Shown piece by piece: positions 1 to 9,053 of a stretch of DNA of 55,833 nt. The notes beneath the pieces were generated by a model. That model was not told the DNA's origin. It saw only the letters and a list, made by a program, of their open reading frames with translations, and did no database searches. The position numbers and the translations under genes were made by a program. The DNA comes from Bacteroidota bacterium. GTDB taxonomy: Bacteria; Bacteroidota; Bacteroidia; AKYH767-A; 2013-40CM-41-45. Position 1 is the stretch's first letter; every line of letters begins with the position of its first letter. The stretch spans positions 1 to 55,833 of the forward strand of contig JAPLDB010000070.1 of NCBI GenBank assembly GCA_026391975.1, given 5' to 3'.

Positions 1-891
1 AACGGCGCACTGTTGCTTGATAACTTCGCATTCCGCACAGCTACTCCTTATATTGATGTTCCTGCAGGCGTGATATTGAATATCGGTGTTGCTCCGGGTA
101 CAAGCGCATCAGTAGCTGACACACTGAAAAACTTCCAGGTGTCGTTAACAAACGGCCAGACCTATGTAGCGATCGCTAACGGAGTATTGAACCCATCTAA
201 CTTCGCAGTTAATCCTGATGGCAGAAGCACAGCATTCACTTTGTTCCTACAGGACAACATGCGTGAAGAAGCGACTTCAACTGATGTAGACTTCAGGGCT
301 GTTCACGGTTCAAGTGATGCACCGAACGTTGACGTTGTTGCGGTTGGAGCAGGTGTGATTGTTGACAATGCTTCATACGGAGACATTACTCCTTATATCA
401 CAGTGCCTGCAGCAGCTTATACACTGCAAGTTACACCGGGCAATGACAACACTACAGTGGTAGCATCATTTATTGCTGACCTGAGTACATTGGGTGGTGG
501 CGCTGCAGTAGTATTCGCTTCAGGATTTCTTGCACCGGGTGCAAATCAAAACGGACCTGCCTTTGGATTGTTCGCAGCACTTCCTAACGGAACAGTGGTG
601 GCGTTTACAAACAACACAGGAATAGAGGAGAAGAACATCTCTATCAATGGCAGCCTGTTCCCGAATCCGGCTTCACAGTCAATCACAATACCTGTGAAAG
701 TATTGAGTTCAGAAAACGCTACAATTGAAGTGATGGATGCAACAGGAAGAAAAGTATTGGAGAGAAGCATCACCTTCACCGGTAACCAGCAAATAAAAAT
801 TGATGTGAGTTCACTTGAGAATGGAATTTATGCAGTAAGCATAAACAGCAAGGATGGACGTACGTCAAACAGTTTTATCGTTAACCGATAA
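1..891 (+). CDS. DUF4397-repeat secreted protein with T9SS type-A C-terminal sorting domain; 5' end lies outside the window
   Basis: The frame is open from base 1. It has VHGSSDAPNVDV and VFASGFL DUF4397-type motifs and a C-terminal LFPNPA...IDVSSLENGIY...FIVNR sorting signal. Confidence 0.8.
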   Translation, partial: NGALLLDNFAFRTATPYIDVPAGVILNIGVAPGTSASVADTLKNFQVSLTNGQTYVAIANGVLNPSNFAVNPDGRSTAFTLFLQDNMREEATSTDVDFRAVHGSSDAPNVDVVAVGAGVIVDNASYGDITPYITVPAAAYTLQVTPGNDNTTVVASFIADLSTLGGGAAVVFASGFLAPGANQNGPAFGLFAALPNGTVVAFTNNTGIEEKNISINGSLFPNPASQSITIPVKVLSSENATIEVMDATGRKVLERSITFTGNQQIKIDVSSLENGIYAVSINSKDGRTSNSFIVNR

Positions 892-903
892 TTGAGAGAC
901 CTC

Positions 904-941
904 AAAAAATGCACGTATCAAATCTGATGCGGGCATTTTTT
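904..941. terminator. Probable bidirectional intrinsic terminator
   Basis: AAAAAATGC...TATCA-loop-TGATG...GCATTTTTT hairpin just after the stop at 891. Confidence 0.7.
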
Positions 942-1007
942 CTTGTTTAATGGAATTGATCAATATTAATAGAATAACCTTATAAACGGCGAAGCGCCTT
1001 TTTTACA

Positions 1008-1889
1008 ATGTTAAATCGTTTTTCAATACAGGAAATATCAACACTTACCGGTATCAAGGCCCACACTTTACGCATCTGGGAGCAACGGTACAACATCCCG
1101 AAACCAAAGCGCACTTCGACGAACATTCGCTTTTACGATGACGATGATTTGAAATTACTGTTGAATATTTCCCTGCTGAATAATGAAGGGCATCGTATTT
1201 CACAGATCGCAAAACTTACAGCTGAAGAGATCAATGTCAGGGTAATAGAATATGCCTCCCACAGCAATGATCTTACAGTTCACCTTCAGGCATTGACCTC
1301 TGCCACGCTCAATCTCGATGAGGCTTCTTTCGAGCGTGTCCTTTCTGCAAGTATTTTGCAAATCGGAATGGAGCGTACCATGTCAGAAGTGATATTTCCT
1401 TTTCTGAAAAAGATCGGTGAGATGTGGATGTCGGGAAGTATGCAGCCTGCGTATGAGCATTTCATTTCAAATCTTATCAGGCAGAAGTTGATTGTGGCAA
1501 TTGACGGGCAGGTTCGAGTCAGTCAGAAACATCAGCATAAATATTTGGTTTTTCTTCCGGAAGGAGAAACTCATGAGCTGGGATTGCTTTTTGCAAACTA
1601 CATGATACGTTCACGCGGGCATATTGCTATCTATCTGGGGCAAAGCACGCCACTCGTTGATCTTGAAAAAATATCTTTAAAATTTCAGCCTGATTTTCTA
1701 TTTATGACATTGACTGCAGGCCGTTTACGAAAACCGCTCAGTGACTATATCCGTGCCCTGACTGAGAAATTCCCGGAAGCCAAAATCATCCTCACGGGAC
1801 AATATGCCATATCACAAAAAGAGCAATTGCCTCCTGATACAATGCTCATAGAATCGACTGAGCAATTCATAAAGTTGCTGGAGGAATAG
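1008..1889 (+). CDS. MerR-family cobalamin-binding (light-responsive) regulator, CarH/LitR-like
   Basis: N-terminal MerR HTH (HTLRIWEQRY), W-x9-EH (WMSGSMQPAYEH) and ExHxxG (ETHELG) B12-binding motifs. Confidence 0.88.
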   Translation: MLNRFSIQEISTLTGIKAHTLRIWEQRYNIPKPKRTSTNIRFYDDDDLKLLLNISLLNNEGHRISQIAKLTAEEINVRVIEYASHSNDLTVHLQALTSATLNLDEASFERVLSASILQIGMERTMSEVIFPFLKKIGEMWMSGSMQPAYEHFISNLIRQKLIVAIDGQVRVSQKHQHKYLVFLPEGETHELGLLFANYMIRSRGHIAIYLGQSTPLVDLEKISLKFQPDFLFMTLTAGRLRKPLSDYIRALTEKFPEAKIILTGQYAISQKEQLPPDTMLIESTEQFIKLLEE

Positions 1890-2003
1890 ATAAAAAGGAG
1901 CTTTTCCGCTCCGCTGTCATTGCGATTTTCTGGTATCACCGGCTGTTTTTTGATTCAACGAAGAGAAAAAACGCTCAAGAATCGCTAAAAATCGAGAATT
2001 TTA

Positions 2004-2037
2004 TTTGTTTAACTATTTAACTAAAAACTTAAACAAA
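2004..2037. promoter_or_regulatory. Candidate operator upstream of the ECF sigma gene
   Basis: Perfect inverted repeat TTTGTTTAA-N16-TTAAACAAA; a TTGTTTAA half site also lies upstream of the merR gene near 943-950. Confidence 0.5.
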
Positions 2038-2063
2038 AATGTCGGGCGTATTGTTGAAGTATA

Positions 2064-2071
2064 TACATTTG
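2064..2071 (+). promoter_or_regulatory. Bacteroidota housekeeping promoter -7 box
   Basis: TACATTTG matches TAnnTTTG, 19 nt upstream of the ATG at 2091. Confidence 0.65.
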
Positions 2072-2090
2072 CATCATAAAATCAACCACA

Positions 2091-2609
2091 ATGGAACAAA
2101 CAAATTTTAACCAGATCGTTACTGAGCACTCAACTCCTCTAAAAAGGTTTGCAGTAAAACTCACCCAGGACACAGAAGAAGCACAGGACCTTGTACAGGA
2201 CACCATGCTGAAAGCAATGACCAATGCAGAAAAGTTTCAGGAAGGAACTAACCTGAAAGGCTGGTTGTTTACCATTATGAAAAATATCTTCATCAATAAA
2301 TACCGCAGGGCGATGAAGAGCAAGATATTTAATGATGATACAGATAATCAGTTCTACATTAACTCAGCGTCTATTTCTACCGGTAATGTAGGCGAAGGTT
2401 CATTGGTCATGAAAGATATTACCCAAGCTGTAGGGCAGTTGTCGGATAACCTCCGCACGCCTTTTATGCTGAGTTATACAGGCTACAAGTACGAGGAAAT
2501 CGCCGAACAATTGCAAATCCCTCTCGGTACAGTAAAGGTCCGCATTCACAATGCCAGAAAGGAACTGATGGGTAAACTCAGTACGTATGGCGCCGGGAGA
2601 AGGAAGTGA
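2091..2609 (+). CDS. ECF-type sigma-70 factor
   Basis: Region 2 (AQDLVQDT...LKGWLFTIMKNIFIN) and region 4 (YEEIAEQLQIPLGTVKVRIH). Confidence 0.92.
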   Translation: MEQTNFNQIVTEHSTPLKRFAVKLTQDTEEAQDLVQDTMLKAMTNAEKFQEGTNLKGWLFTIMKNIFINKYRRAMKSKIFNDDTDNQFYINSASISTGNVGEGSLVMKDITQAVGQLSDNLRTPFMLSYTGYKYEEIAEQLQIPLGTVKVRIHNARKELMGKLSTYGAGRRK

Positions 2610-2701
2610 TTTAAATTAATACCGGTTTATTGAATAGGATCTGTAGTAACAAATTTCAGAATGAAATTCCAATAACCGGGTGATTCAATTCTATTTTCAG
2701 A

Positions 2702-3325
2702 TCATTCCTTCTCGTCGTAACTTTTGTAACCAATCTTTTTTCGTGGTGGATTTGGCGGCTGCATCAATTGGCTGCTTTGCTCCGCACGCTGACGCTGACG
2801 CTGGAGCTTTAGCGCAGGTGCCTGAAGCTATGCGAAAGCGATGATGGCTTCGAATAATATTTTTAATTCTTTGTCGTGCTCATTTAACCTACCTCCCAAC
2901 TTACGTTCTAACAGTTCTATTTTCACTGAAATGTCCCTGTTAACAGCAAGCACTTCTGTGATTTTTATAAAGATCTTGACTACCTGTATGCTTGCCTGAA
3001 TGGCAACAGGGCTGTTCAATACATTTGCTGCCATTACTGCTCCATGTTCTGTAAAGGCATATGGCAGATACTGACTGAATTTCAACTTATGGAGGTGGTC
3101 ACAATTTGTGACCACATAATTTTTCTCTTTTTCATTCAACCGGAACATGAACTCCTCAGGGAAGCGGTCAATGTTTCTTTTTACCGCCTGATTGAAAACT
3201 TTAGTTGGAACTCCATAAAATGCTGCAAGGTCAGCATCAACCATCACTCTTTTTCCTCGTAAAACCAAGATGGCATTTCGAACCTTTTCTTCCGGAATGA
3301 TTAATTGTTTTGTCATCATCTTCAA
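2702..3325 (-). pseudogene. ORF6N (KilA-N-like) DNA-binding protein, copy A1, interrupted by a 69-bp in-frame insertion carrying a TAG
   Basis: RGKRVMVDADLAAFYGV and PYAFTEHGAVMAANVLNS motifs. The ORF stops at 2828, but the paralog tail QLMQPPNPPRKKIGYKSYDEKE* resumes in the same frame at 2770-2702. Confidence 0.85.
2774..2842. mobile_element. 69-bp REP-like insertion in ORF6N copy A1
   Basis: Absent from the three paralogs. It contains CCTGCGCTAAAGCTCCAGCG, related to the CCTYCGCCAAGGCTTCG element at 5489 and 50911. Confidence 0.7.
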
Positions 3326-3368
3326 AATATGTTGTTGTTAAAATTTCTAACAATAATTCTTCCATCAT

Positions 3369-3926
3369 TTATTCAATACCATCTTCGTATCTCTTGTACC
3401 CGATCTTTCTTCGTGGCGGATTGGGTGGTTGCATCAGTTGGCGAATTGCTTCAAATAATACTTTTAGTTCTTTGTCGTGCTTACTCAATTTACTTCCCAG
3501 TTTACGTTCTAACAGTTCCATTTTGGCTGCCAGGTCTTTATGCGCAGCAAGTACTTCTCTGATTTTAATAAACATCCTTACGACTTGAATGCTTGCCAGA
3601 ACAGCCACAGCGCTGTTCAAGACATTGGCTGCCATCACTGCGCCATGTTCTGTAAAGGCGTATGGCAAATACTGACTGAACTTCAACTTTCTGAGGTGGT
3701 CGCAATTTGCGACCACATACTCTTTCTCTTTTTTTGTAAGCTGGAACATAAACTCAGCAGGGAAACGATCAGGGTTGCGTTTTACCTGTTCATTCAATCG
3801 TTTGGTTGAGGTTCCATAGAAATCAGCAAGGTCGGCATCAATCATCACTCTTTTCCCTCGTAAAAACAAGATGGCATTGCGAACTTCTTTTTCCTGAATG
3901 ATTAATTGTTTTGTCATCATCTTCAA
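3369..3926 (-). CDS. ORF6N (KilA-N-like) DNA-binding protein, copy A2
   Basis: Same ORF6N motifs; a close paralog of A1 including about 45 bp of upstream sequence (601-bp period). Confidence 0.9.
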   Translation of the reverse strand: MKMMTKQLIIQEKEVRNAILFLRGKRVMIDADLADFYGTSTKRLNEQVKRNPDRFPAEFMFQLTKKEKEYVVANCDHLRKLKFSQYLPYAFTEHGAVMAANVLNSAVAVLASIQVVRMFIKIREVLAAHKDLAAKMELLERKLGSKLSKHDKELKVLFEAIRQLMQPPNPPRRKIGYKRYEDGIE

Positions 3927-4019
3927 AATATGTTGTTTTCGAAATTTCTAAAAAAGATTCTTCAATCTAATATGCGGCGATCTCATCGGTAGTTACGCAG
4001 TTTGAATATTTTTGAAAAA

Positions 4020-4084
4020 CTTTGTGCCTTAGTGTCTTTGTGGCAGATTCTAAGTTATTGCCACTAAGGCACAAAGGCTCGAAG
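4020..4084. repeat. Inverted cluster of degenerate octamers
   Basis: ctttgtgc-cttagtgt-ctttgtgg-ca ... tg-ccactaag-gcacaaag-gctcgaag. Confidence 0.75.
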
Positions 4085-4107
4085 GAAATCAAATCATTAA
4101 AAGCAAT

Positions 4108-4665
4108 TTATACCTTTTTTTGAAACTGAGACACAACCATCTCATCATAGCTTTTATACCCAATCTTTTTTCTTGGCGGGTTGGGCGGTTGCATCAGTTG
4201 TCGGATGGCTTCGAAGATTGTCTCAATGGCTTCGTCATTCTTATCAAGGCGACTTTCTAATTTTTTCAACTGCGCAGCAAGTTCTTTATGTGTTTCAAGT
4301 AGTTTACGCATTCTCACAAAAGTGCGCATGATGTAGATGTTAACCTCTCTTGCCCTTTTGCTTTTCAAAACACCGGAAAGCATAGCAACACCTTGTTCGG
4401 TAAAGGCCATCGGTGCATATCGTGTACCTCCCCATTTTGAGGTGCCAAATTGGCTCCTCAAGTTATCCCACTCACCTGGATTGAGTTCAAACATGAAATC
4501 CCCGGGAAAGATGTCCATGTTCCTTCTCACCGCACGTTTCAATGCTTTAGTCTCAACATCATAAAGTAAAGAGAGCTCAAAATCGAGCATAATTTTTTCC
4601 CCACGGATGAAATAAATCTGCCTGGCAATATTTTCCTCTTTTATTATGAATGTTTGTTTTGTCAC
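4108..4665 (-). CDS. ORF6N (KilA-N-like) DNA-binding protein, copy B1
   Basis: IRGEKIMLDFELSLLYDV and PMAFTEQGVAMLSGVLKS motifs; GTG start. Confidence 0.9.
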   Translation of the reverse strand: MTKQTFIIKEENIARQIYFIRGEKIMLDFELSLLYDVETKALKRAVRRNMDIFPGDFMFELNPGEWDNLRSQFGTSKWGGTRYAPMAFTEQGVAMLSGVLKSKRAREVNIYIMRTFVRMRKLLETHKELAAQLKKLESRLDKNDEAIETIFEAIRQLMQPPNPPRKKIGYKSYDEMVVSQFQKKV

Positions 4666-4804
4666 GGCAGATGTTTAGGAAATTATCAGTGTAGTATCCG
4701 GTGTTTCCTGCCGCTAAATTACTTTGCTAAATATGATTTATAGTCCCGGTAAAAGCAGGATATTATAAAATCCCGTTAATCAGTTAGTAAATTTTCATAC
4801 TATG

Positions 4805-5359
4805 TCAATCCTTCTCATCATAGCTTTTAAACCCAATTTTTTTTCGTGGCGGATCGGGAGGTTGCATTAATTGGCGTATGGCTTCGAAAATTGCATCAAT
4901 GGCTTCGTCATTTTTATCAAGCCGGCTTTCTAGTTTTTTTAGTTGTATGGCAAGTTCCTTGTTTGTATCAATCAGTTTACGCATTCTCACAAAAGTGCGC
5001 ATGATGGAGATATTTACGTCCCGTGCCCGTTTGCTTTTTAAAACACCGGAAAGCATTGCAACACCTTGTTCGGTAAAAGCCATCGGTGCGTATCGGGTGC
5101 CACCCCATTCTTTCTTGCCAGCATTTAAACTTGAGGCCGCAATTTGCGACCTCAAGTTCACCATCTCGTTTGGGGTTAACTCAAACATGAAATCATCCGG
5201 GAAGCTTTTGATATTTCTTCTCACAGCCTCTTTCAACCGTTTTGTTGGAACACAATAGAGTGCTGCTAAATCAAAATCGAGCATTACTTTTTCCCCACGG
5301 ATGAAATAGATCTGTTGAGTAATATTTTCCTCTTTTATTATTAAGGTTTGTTTTGTCAC
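4805..5359 (-). CDS. ORF6N (KilA-N-like) DNA-binding protein, copy B2
   Basis: Close paralog of B1 (694-bp period); the upstream blocks 4666-4774 and 5360-5468 are also duplicated. Confidence 0.9.
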   Translation of the reverse strand: MTKQTLIIKEENITQQIYFIRGEKVMLDFDLAALYCVPTKRLKEAVRRNIKSFPDDFMFELTPNEMVNLRSQIAASSLNAGKKEWGGTRYAPMAFTEQGVAMLSGVLKSKRARDVNISIMRTFVRMRKLIDTNKELAIQLKKLESRLDKNDEAIDAIFEAIRQLMQPPDPPRKKIGFKSYDEKD

Positions 5360-5482
5360 GGCGGAAGTTTAGGAAATTATAATAATTGTATCTGGTGTTT
5401 ATGGCCGCTAAATTACTTTCCATGATATGATTTATAGTCCCGGTAAAAACAGGATATTATAAAATCCCTGTCTCAAATCAAT

Positions 5483-5582
5483 AATCCGCCTCCGCCAAGG
5501 CTTCGGCGGACGAGAGGCTGGATTAATTCCCCGCAGCTTTCTGCGGATTTTTGGTTTCAAGGCTTGCCCTGGGGTTCATACC
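5483..5582. repeat. Cluster of REP-like palindromes
   Basis: TCCGCC-AAGGCTTC-GGCGGA hairpin nested in AATCC...GGATT, followed by CCGCAG-CTTT-CTGCGG. Confidence 0.65.
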
Positions 5583-5662
5583 ACTTGAATTGCAAAAGAC
5601 AGCAACTCAATTTTCCGACTTATTGAAATTTGATTCTTTACATTTGCAGGAAATCACATCAG

Positions 5663-6043
5663 ATGAAAAAAATCCTGACCTGGTCAATAGCCATCATCGT
5701 CGTTGTCCTTTCATTTTTAATTTACTGGAATTACTACAACACCTACAGCGAGGGCAACCGCTCCGGCATCCTGCAAAAATTTTCCAAGAAGGGAAATATT
5801 TTCAAAACCTATGAAGGCGAACTGATCATGAGCAGTATTGCAAGCACAGGGAATGTAACCATTGCTTCAGAAAAATTCTTTTTCTCTGTGACCAGCGACA
5901 GTCTTGCCCAGGTCCTTTTCAACCTGGAAGGCAAACGTGTTACATTGCACTATGAGCAGAAGCGGAAACACTTGCCGTGGAATGGGGAGTCGGATTACTT
6001 TGTGAGCGGGGTGGTGCAGACGGAGAAGGATCCCGTCGAATAA
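5663..6043 (+). CDS. Conserved hypothetical single-TM membrane protein
   Basis: N-terminal TM helix, then YSEGNRSG-LQKFSKKG-IFKTYEGEL. The ATG at 5663 follows TACATTTG at 5639-5646, so it is preferred to the TTG at 5630. Confidence 0.75.
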   Translation: MKKILTWSIAIIVVVLSFLIYWNYYNTYSEGNRSGILQKFSKKGNIFKTYEGELIMSSIASTGNVTIASEKFFFSVTSDSLAQVLFNLEGKRVTLHYEQKRKHLPWNGESDYFVSGVVQTEKDPVE

Positions 6044-6079
6044 CAAATCTCAGACGAATATGCGAATTCCTAAATCTGT

Positions 6080-6234
6080 CAATTTTGTTGCTGCCGGGTC
6101 TTCGCGCCTGGATTGTGCGGCTGTGAGACCCGGCATATCTAATGAACGAATGTAGAAATAAGTAGCTTGGTTTTAAATTGCAGGTCTCTCAGCGCTTCTT
6201 GCTTTGGTTCGAAGACCTGCCAGCAAATAAATTG
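6080..6234. mobile_element. About 140-bp REP-doublet/MITE-like element, copy 1
   Basis: Terminal inverted repeats CAATTTTGTTGCTG...CAGCAAATAAATTG and two internal hairpins (GCCGGGTCT..AGACCCGGC; GCAGGTCT..AGACCTGC). A second copy lies at 9054-9203. Confidence 0.8.
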
Positions 6235-6372
6235 TCCAATTGAAAAACTAATCTCAAACGAAGATGCAAATTACTAAAGTTGCATGCTCTAATGTATTCG
6301 AGCAGAGATTATACAGTTGAGGCACCAATGCTTTCTGACCTTTTTCTTAATCAAAATCACAATAAAAACATC

Positions 6373-7458
6373 ATGAAAAAAATTCTCATCCTCATTTTTT
6401 CTCTATGCTTCCGGCTTGGATTTTCACAGGCAGGTTCAGGTACCGAAAACATCATCGTTGTCACCACTGATGGTTTTCGTTGGCAGGAAGTTTTTGGCGG
6501 GATGGATTCACTCATTGCCGTGGATTCGGCCTTCAACCAAAATGACATGAAGGGGATATTTAAAAACTACTGGGCATTCACCCAGGAAGAAAGGAGAAAA
6601 GCACTGATGCCGTTTTTATGGGGCACCATGGAAAGGCACGGACAGATTTACGGCAACCGCAAGTACCACGTGGATGTGGACAATGCAAACCCCTACTGGT
6701 TTTCCTACCCGGGCTACAGTGAAATTTTCTGCGGATATGTGGACACGGCCATCAACAGCAACAAGTATCCTCCAAACCCGCATACGAACGTGCTGGAATA
6801 CATCAACCACCAGCCCGGTTTTGCAGGAAAAGTTTCAGCCTTCTGCGCCTGGGATGCATTCGACAGGATTCTGAATGAAGAGCGATCCGGTTTTCCGGTG
6901 ACCTGCGGCGCTGAAATGTGCGGCGGAAAAAATCCTGATGTTGAAGAAAAAACGATCAACGCACTGAAGGCAGATTCTTATTTGCCATTCGGAGAAGAAG
7001 AATACGAAGACGTGTACACACATTACATGGCCATGGATTACCTGCAGAAGAAAAAGCCACGTGTGCTGTATATCAGCTATGGCGAAACAGATGAGTGGGC
7101 TCATGCAGGGCATTACAAGGACTACCTCGATGCTGCTCACCGGGTAGACAAGTGGCTCGGCGACCTATGGAATTTTATTCAGACTGACCCGCAATACAAA
7201 AACAGAACGGCCCTTTTTGTAACCGTCGACCATGGAAGAGGGGATAGGGTGAAGGAAAAATGGACGAGTCACAACAATAAGATCGAAGACTCCCACCAGA
7301 TATGGTTTGCCGTAATGGGTCCGGGGATTCCTGCCAAAGGAGAAATTAAAACGCCGGTGCAGATTTACCAGAAACAGTTTGCAGAAACGATTGCGGAAAT
7401 GCTTGGATTGCAGTTTAAATGTGAGCACCCGGTAGCGGATGGATTGAAGGGGAGATAG
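6373..7458 (+). CDS. Secreted alkaline-phosphatase-superfamily (metalloenzyme/phosphoglyceromutase-like) protein
   Basis: Signal peptide MKKILILIF, plus TTDGFRWQE, FSYPGYSE, GETDEWAH and TVDHGRG metal-binding motifs. Confidence 0.8.
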   Translation: MKKILILIFSLCFRLGFSQAGSGTENIIVVTTDGFRWQEVFGGMDSLIAVDSAFNQNDMKGIFKNYWAFTQEERRKALMPFLWGTMERHGQIYGNRKYHVDVDNANPYWFSYPGYSEIFCGYVDTAINSNKYPPNPHTNVLEYINHQPGFAGKVSAFCAWDAFDRILNEERSGFPVTCGAEMCGGKNPDVEEKTINALKADSYLPFGEEEYEDVYTHYMAMDYLQKKKPRVLYISYGETDEWAHAGHYKDYLDAAHRVDKWLGDLWNFIQTDPQYKNRTALFVTVDHGRGDRVKEKWTSHNNKIEDSHQIWFAVMGPGIPAKGEIKTPVQIYQKQFAETIAEMLGLQFKCEHPVADGLKGR

Positions 7459-7560
7459 GGAAAATAACTGTCACTGCCGGATGCGTGTTATTTACCTGTG
7501 TTCTACAGACAAGTTTTGAAGTGATGTCCCGACGATTATAAAAATCATAGATCTCATGGA

Positions 7561-8841
7561 TCAGAAAAACGCCAGGAGCAAAGGGCTCACAAGGAAGACA
7601 AGCCATAAAAGGACAAAAATGATTTTACCCGACACAGGAAGATCCTTTGTGATTTGCACTTCTGCCAGTGATTTTATTTTGCTGATGATGGAATCTTCTA
7701 CGGACGTAGAGTAATCACCTGATTTTATATCTTGATACTTATTGTTTCCTGCAATAACGTGTGAACGGATTTTAGCATACTCTTCATTGGTGAGTTCCCC
7801 GAATGGCTTGTTGCAATCGATGCCTTCTTCTTTCAATGCTACCTGTATTTTTTTTCTCTTTGCCTGTGCAGAGATTCCGATGACCATGAAAAATGGGAAT
7901 AATAGAAAGAAGTAATCCTTGAAGTAAATAGCGAAAATGACAAGACCGGCTGCAGAGAGGATAGTAAAAATGTTTTGCAGTAATTGCCGGGTCAAGAAGA
8001 AAAGTGTTTCAATCAATTTCCCTCCATCGAACGGAGTGATGGGAAGAAGGTTAAATGCGTTGATGATGATAAACAGGTTTGCTGCCGACCGCATATATGG
8101 GTTTTCTGTTGCACCGGTTTTGTAAAGTACAAAGCCGATGATCATTCCGGGAACAGGTCCGGCAAGTAGGATGATGGCGCGGTGGCGTTGGGATATTGTA
8201 TTTTTCACACCGGAAACCATGGCCCCGAGCAGGGGAATGAAAAACATTTTCACTTCCGAATAGTGAAAAGCCTTCATGGCAATATAGTGTCCGAGTTCGT
8301 GAATGAAGATGACAATTACAAGGATGAGCACATTGGCCATGCTGTGGTCGAGGGCAACGTAGTAAATAAGTACAAACAGCAATAAACTCCTGAAGGTAGT
8401 CAGCCAGGGATATTCATCCGTGGTTTCCACAGGTTTTGGCGGGAAGGGATGTTCAGCAGGTATTTCCAGACTTCGTTTCAGGGCCATTTCCTTTGCTTCT
8501 TCCAGCGCTTCCTTCGACCACTCTGCAGGGTTTGCCATTACTTCTTTCAATTCATCATCTGAAAAGTCCTTCAGGAACGGTTCCTCTTTTGAGACAAAGT
8601 GGCTTTGTCCATCTTCTGAAAGCAACGGTTCCTTTTCAAGGAGCTCATTTGTCTTTTGAAAATCTTCCTCTTTAAGCATCAGGATGAATTGCCTCAACCA
8701 AGGGTTTTCTGCTGATACCACTTCAAAGCGCATGGAGTGATCATCAAGCCTATAGGGGATGTGATGTCTTTCCAGCAATTCAGTAAATGCTGCTGCTTTT
8801 TCTATCTCAGGAAAGCGGAGAAATTCTTTGAATGATTCCAT
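7561..8841 (-). CDS. Site-2 protease (peptidase M50) family membrane protein
   Basis: HELGH and NLLPITPFDGG motifs within TM helices. Confidence 0.88.
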   Translation of the reverse strand: MESFKEFLRFPEIEKAAAFTELLERHHIPYRLDDHSMRFEVVSAENPWLRQFILMLKEEDFQKTNELLEKEPLLSEDGQSHFVSKEEPFLKDFSDDELKEVMANPAEWSKEALEEAKEMALKRSLEIPAEHPFPPKPVETTDEYPWLTTFRSLLLFVLIYYVALDHSMANVLILVIVIFIHELGHYIAMKAFHYSEVKMFFIPLLGAMVSGVKNTISQRHRAIILLAGPVPGMIIGFVLYKTGATENPYMRSAANLFIIINAFNLLPITPFDGGKLIETLFFLTRQLLQNIFTILSAAGLVIFAIYFKDYFFLLFPFFMVIGISAQAKRKKIQVALKEEGIDCNKPFGELTNEEYAKIRSHVIAGNNKYQDIKSGDYSTSVEDSIISKIKSLAEVQITKDLPVSGKIIFVLLWLVFLVSPLLLAFF

Positions 8842-9053
8842 GTATGGTTTCAGGTCAGGACCATTTTTTTTAAAAAAGAGTTCTAATGGTGCAATCTAAA
8901 AATAAATATCCGGAGAAGGACATAGAATTATTTAACTGCAATGTGACAGTTTAATCCGGTCTACCGCGACCCCAAACTTTCATGCATTCATGTTTAATTA
9001 TTTCTTTTTTAACAAATGTCCTCCGAAAATCAATAAGCCCAAAGCAAGAGACT

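Noticed and set aside
2702-5468. Integron cassette array or prophage
   Set aside because: No integrase, no convincing attC sites and no phage structural genes; each gene carries its own duplicated leader.
5663-6043. Dehydrogenase label sometimes given to this family
   Set aside because: The protein is 126 aa with one TM helix and no Rossmann motif.
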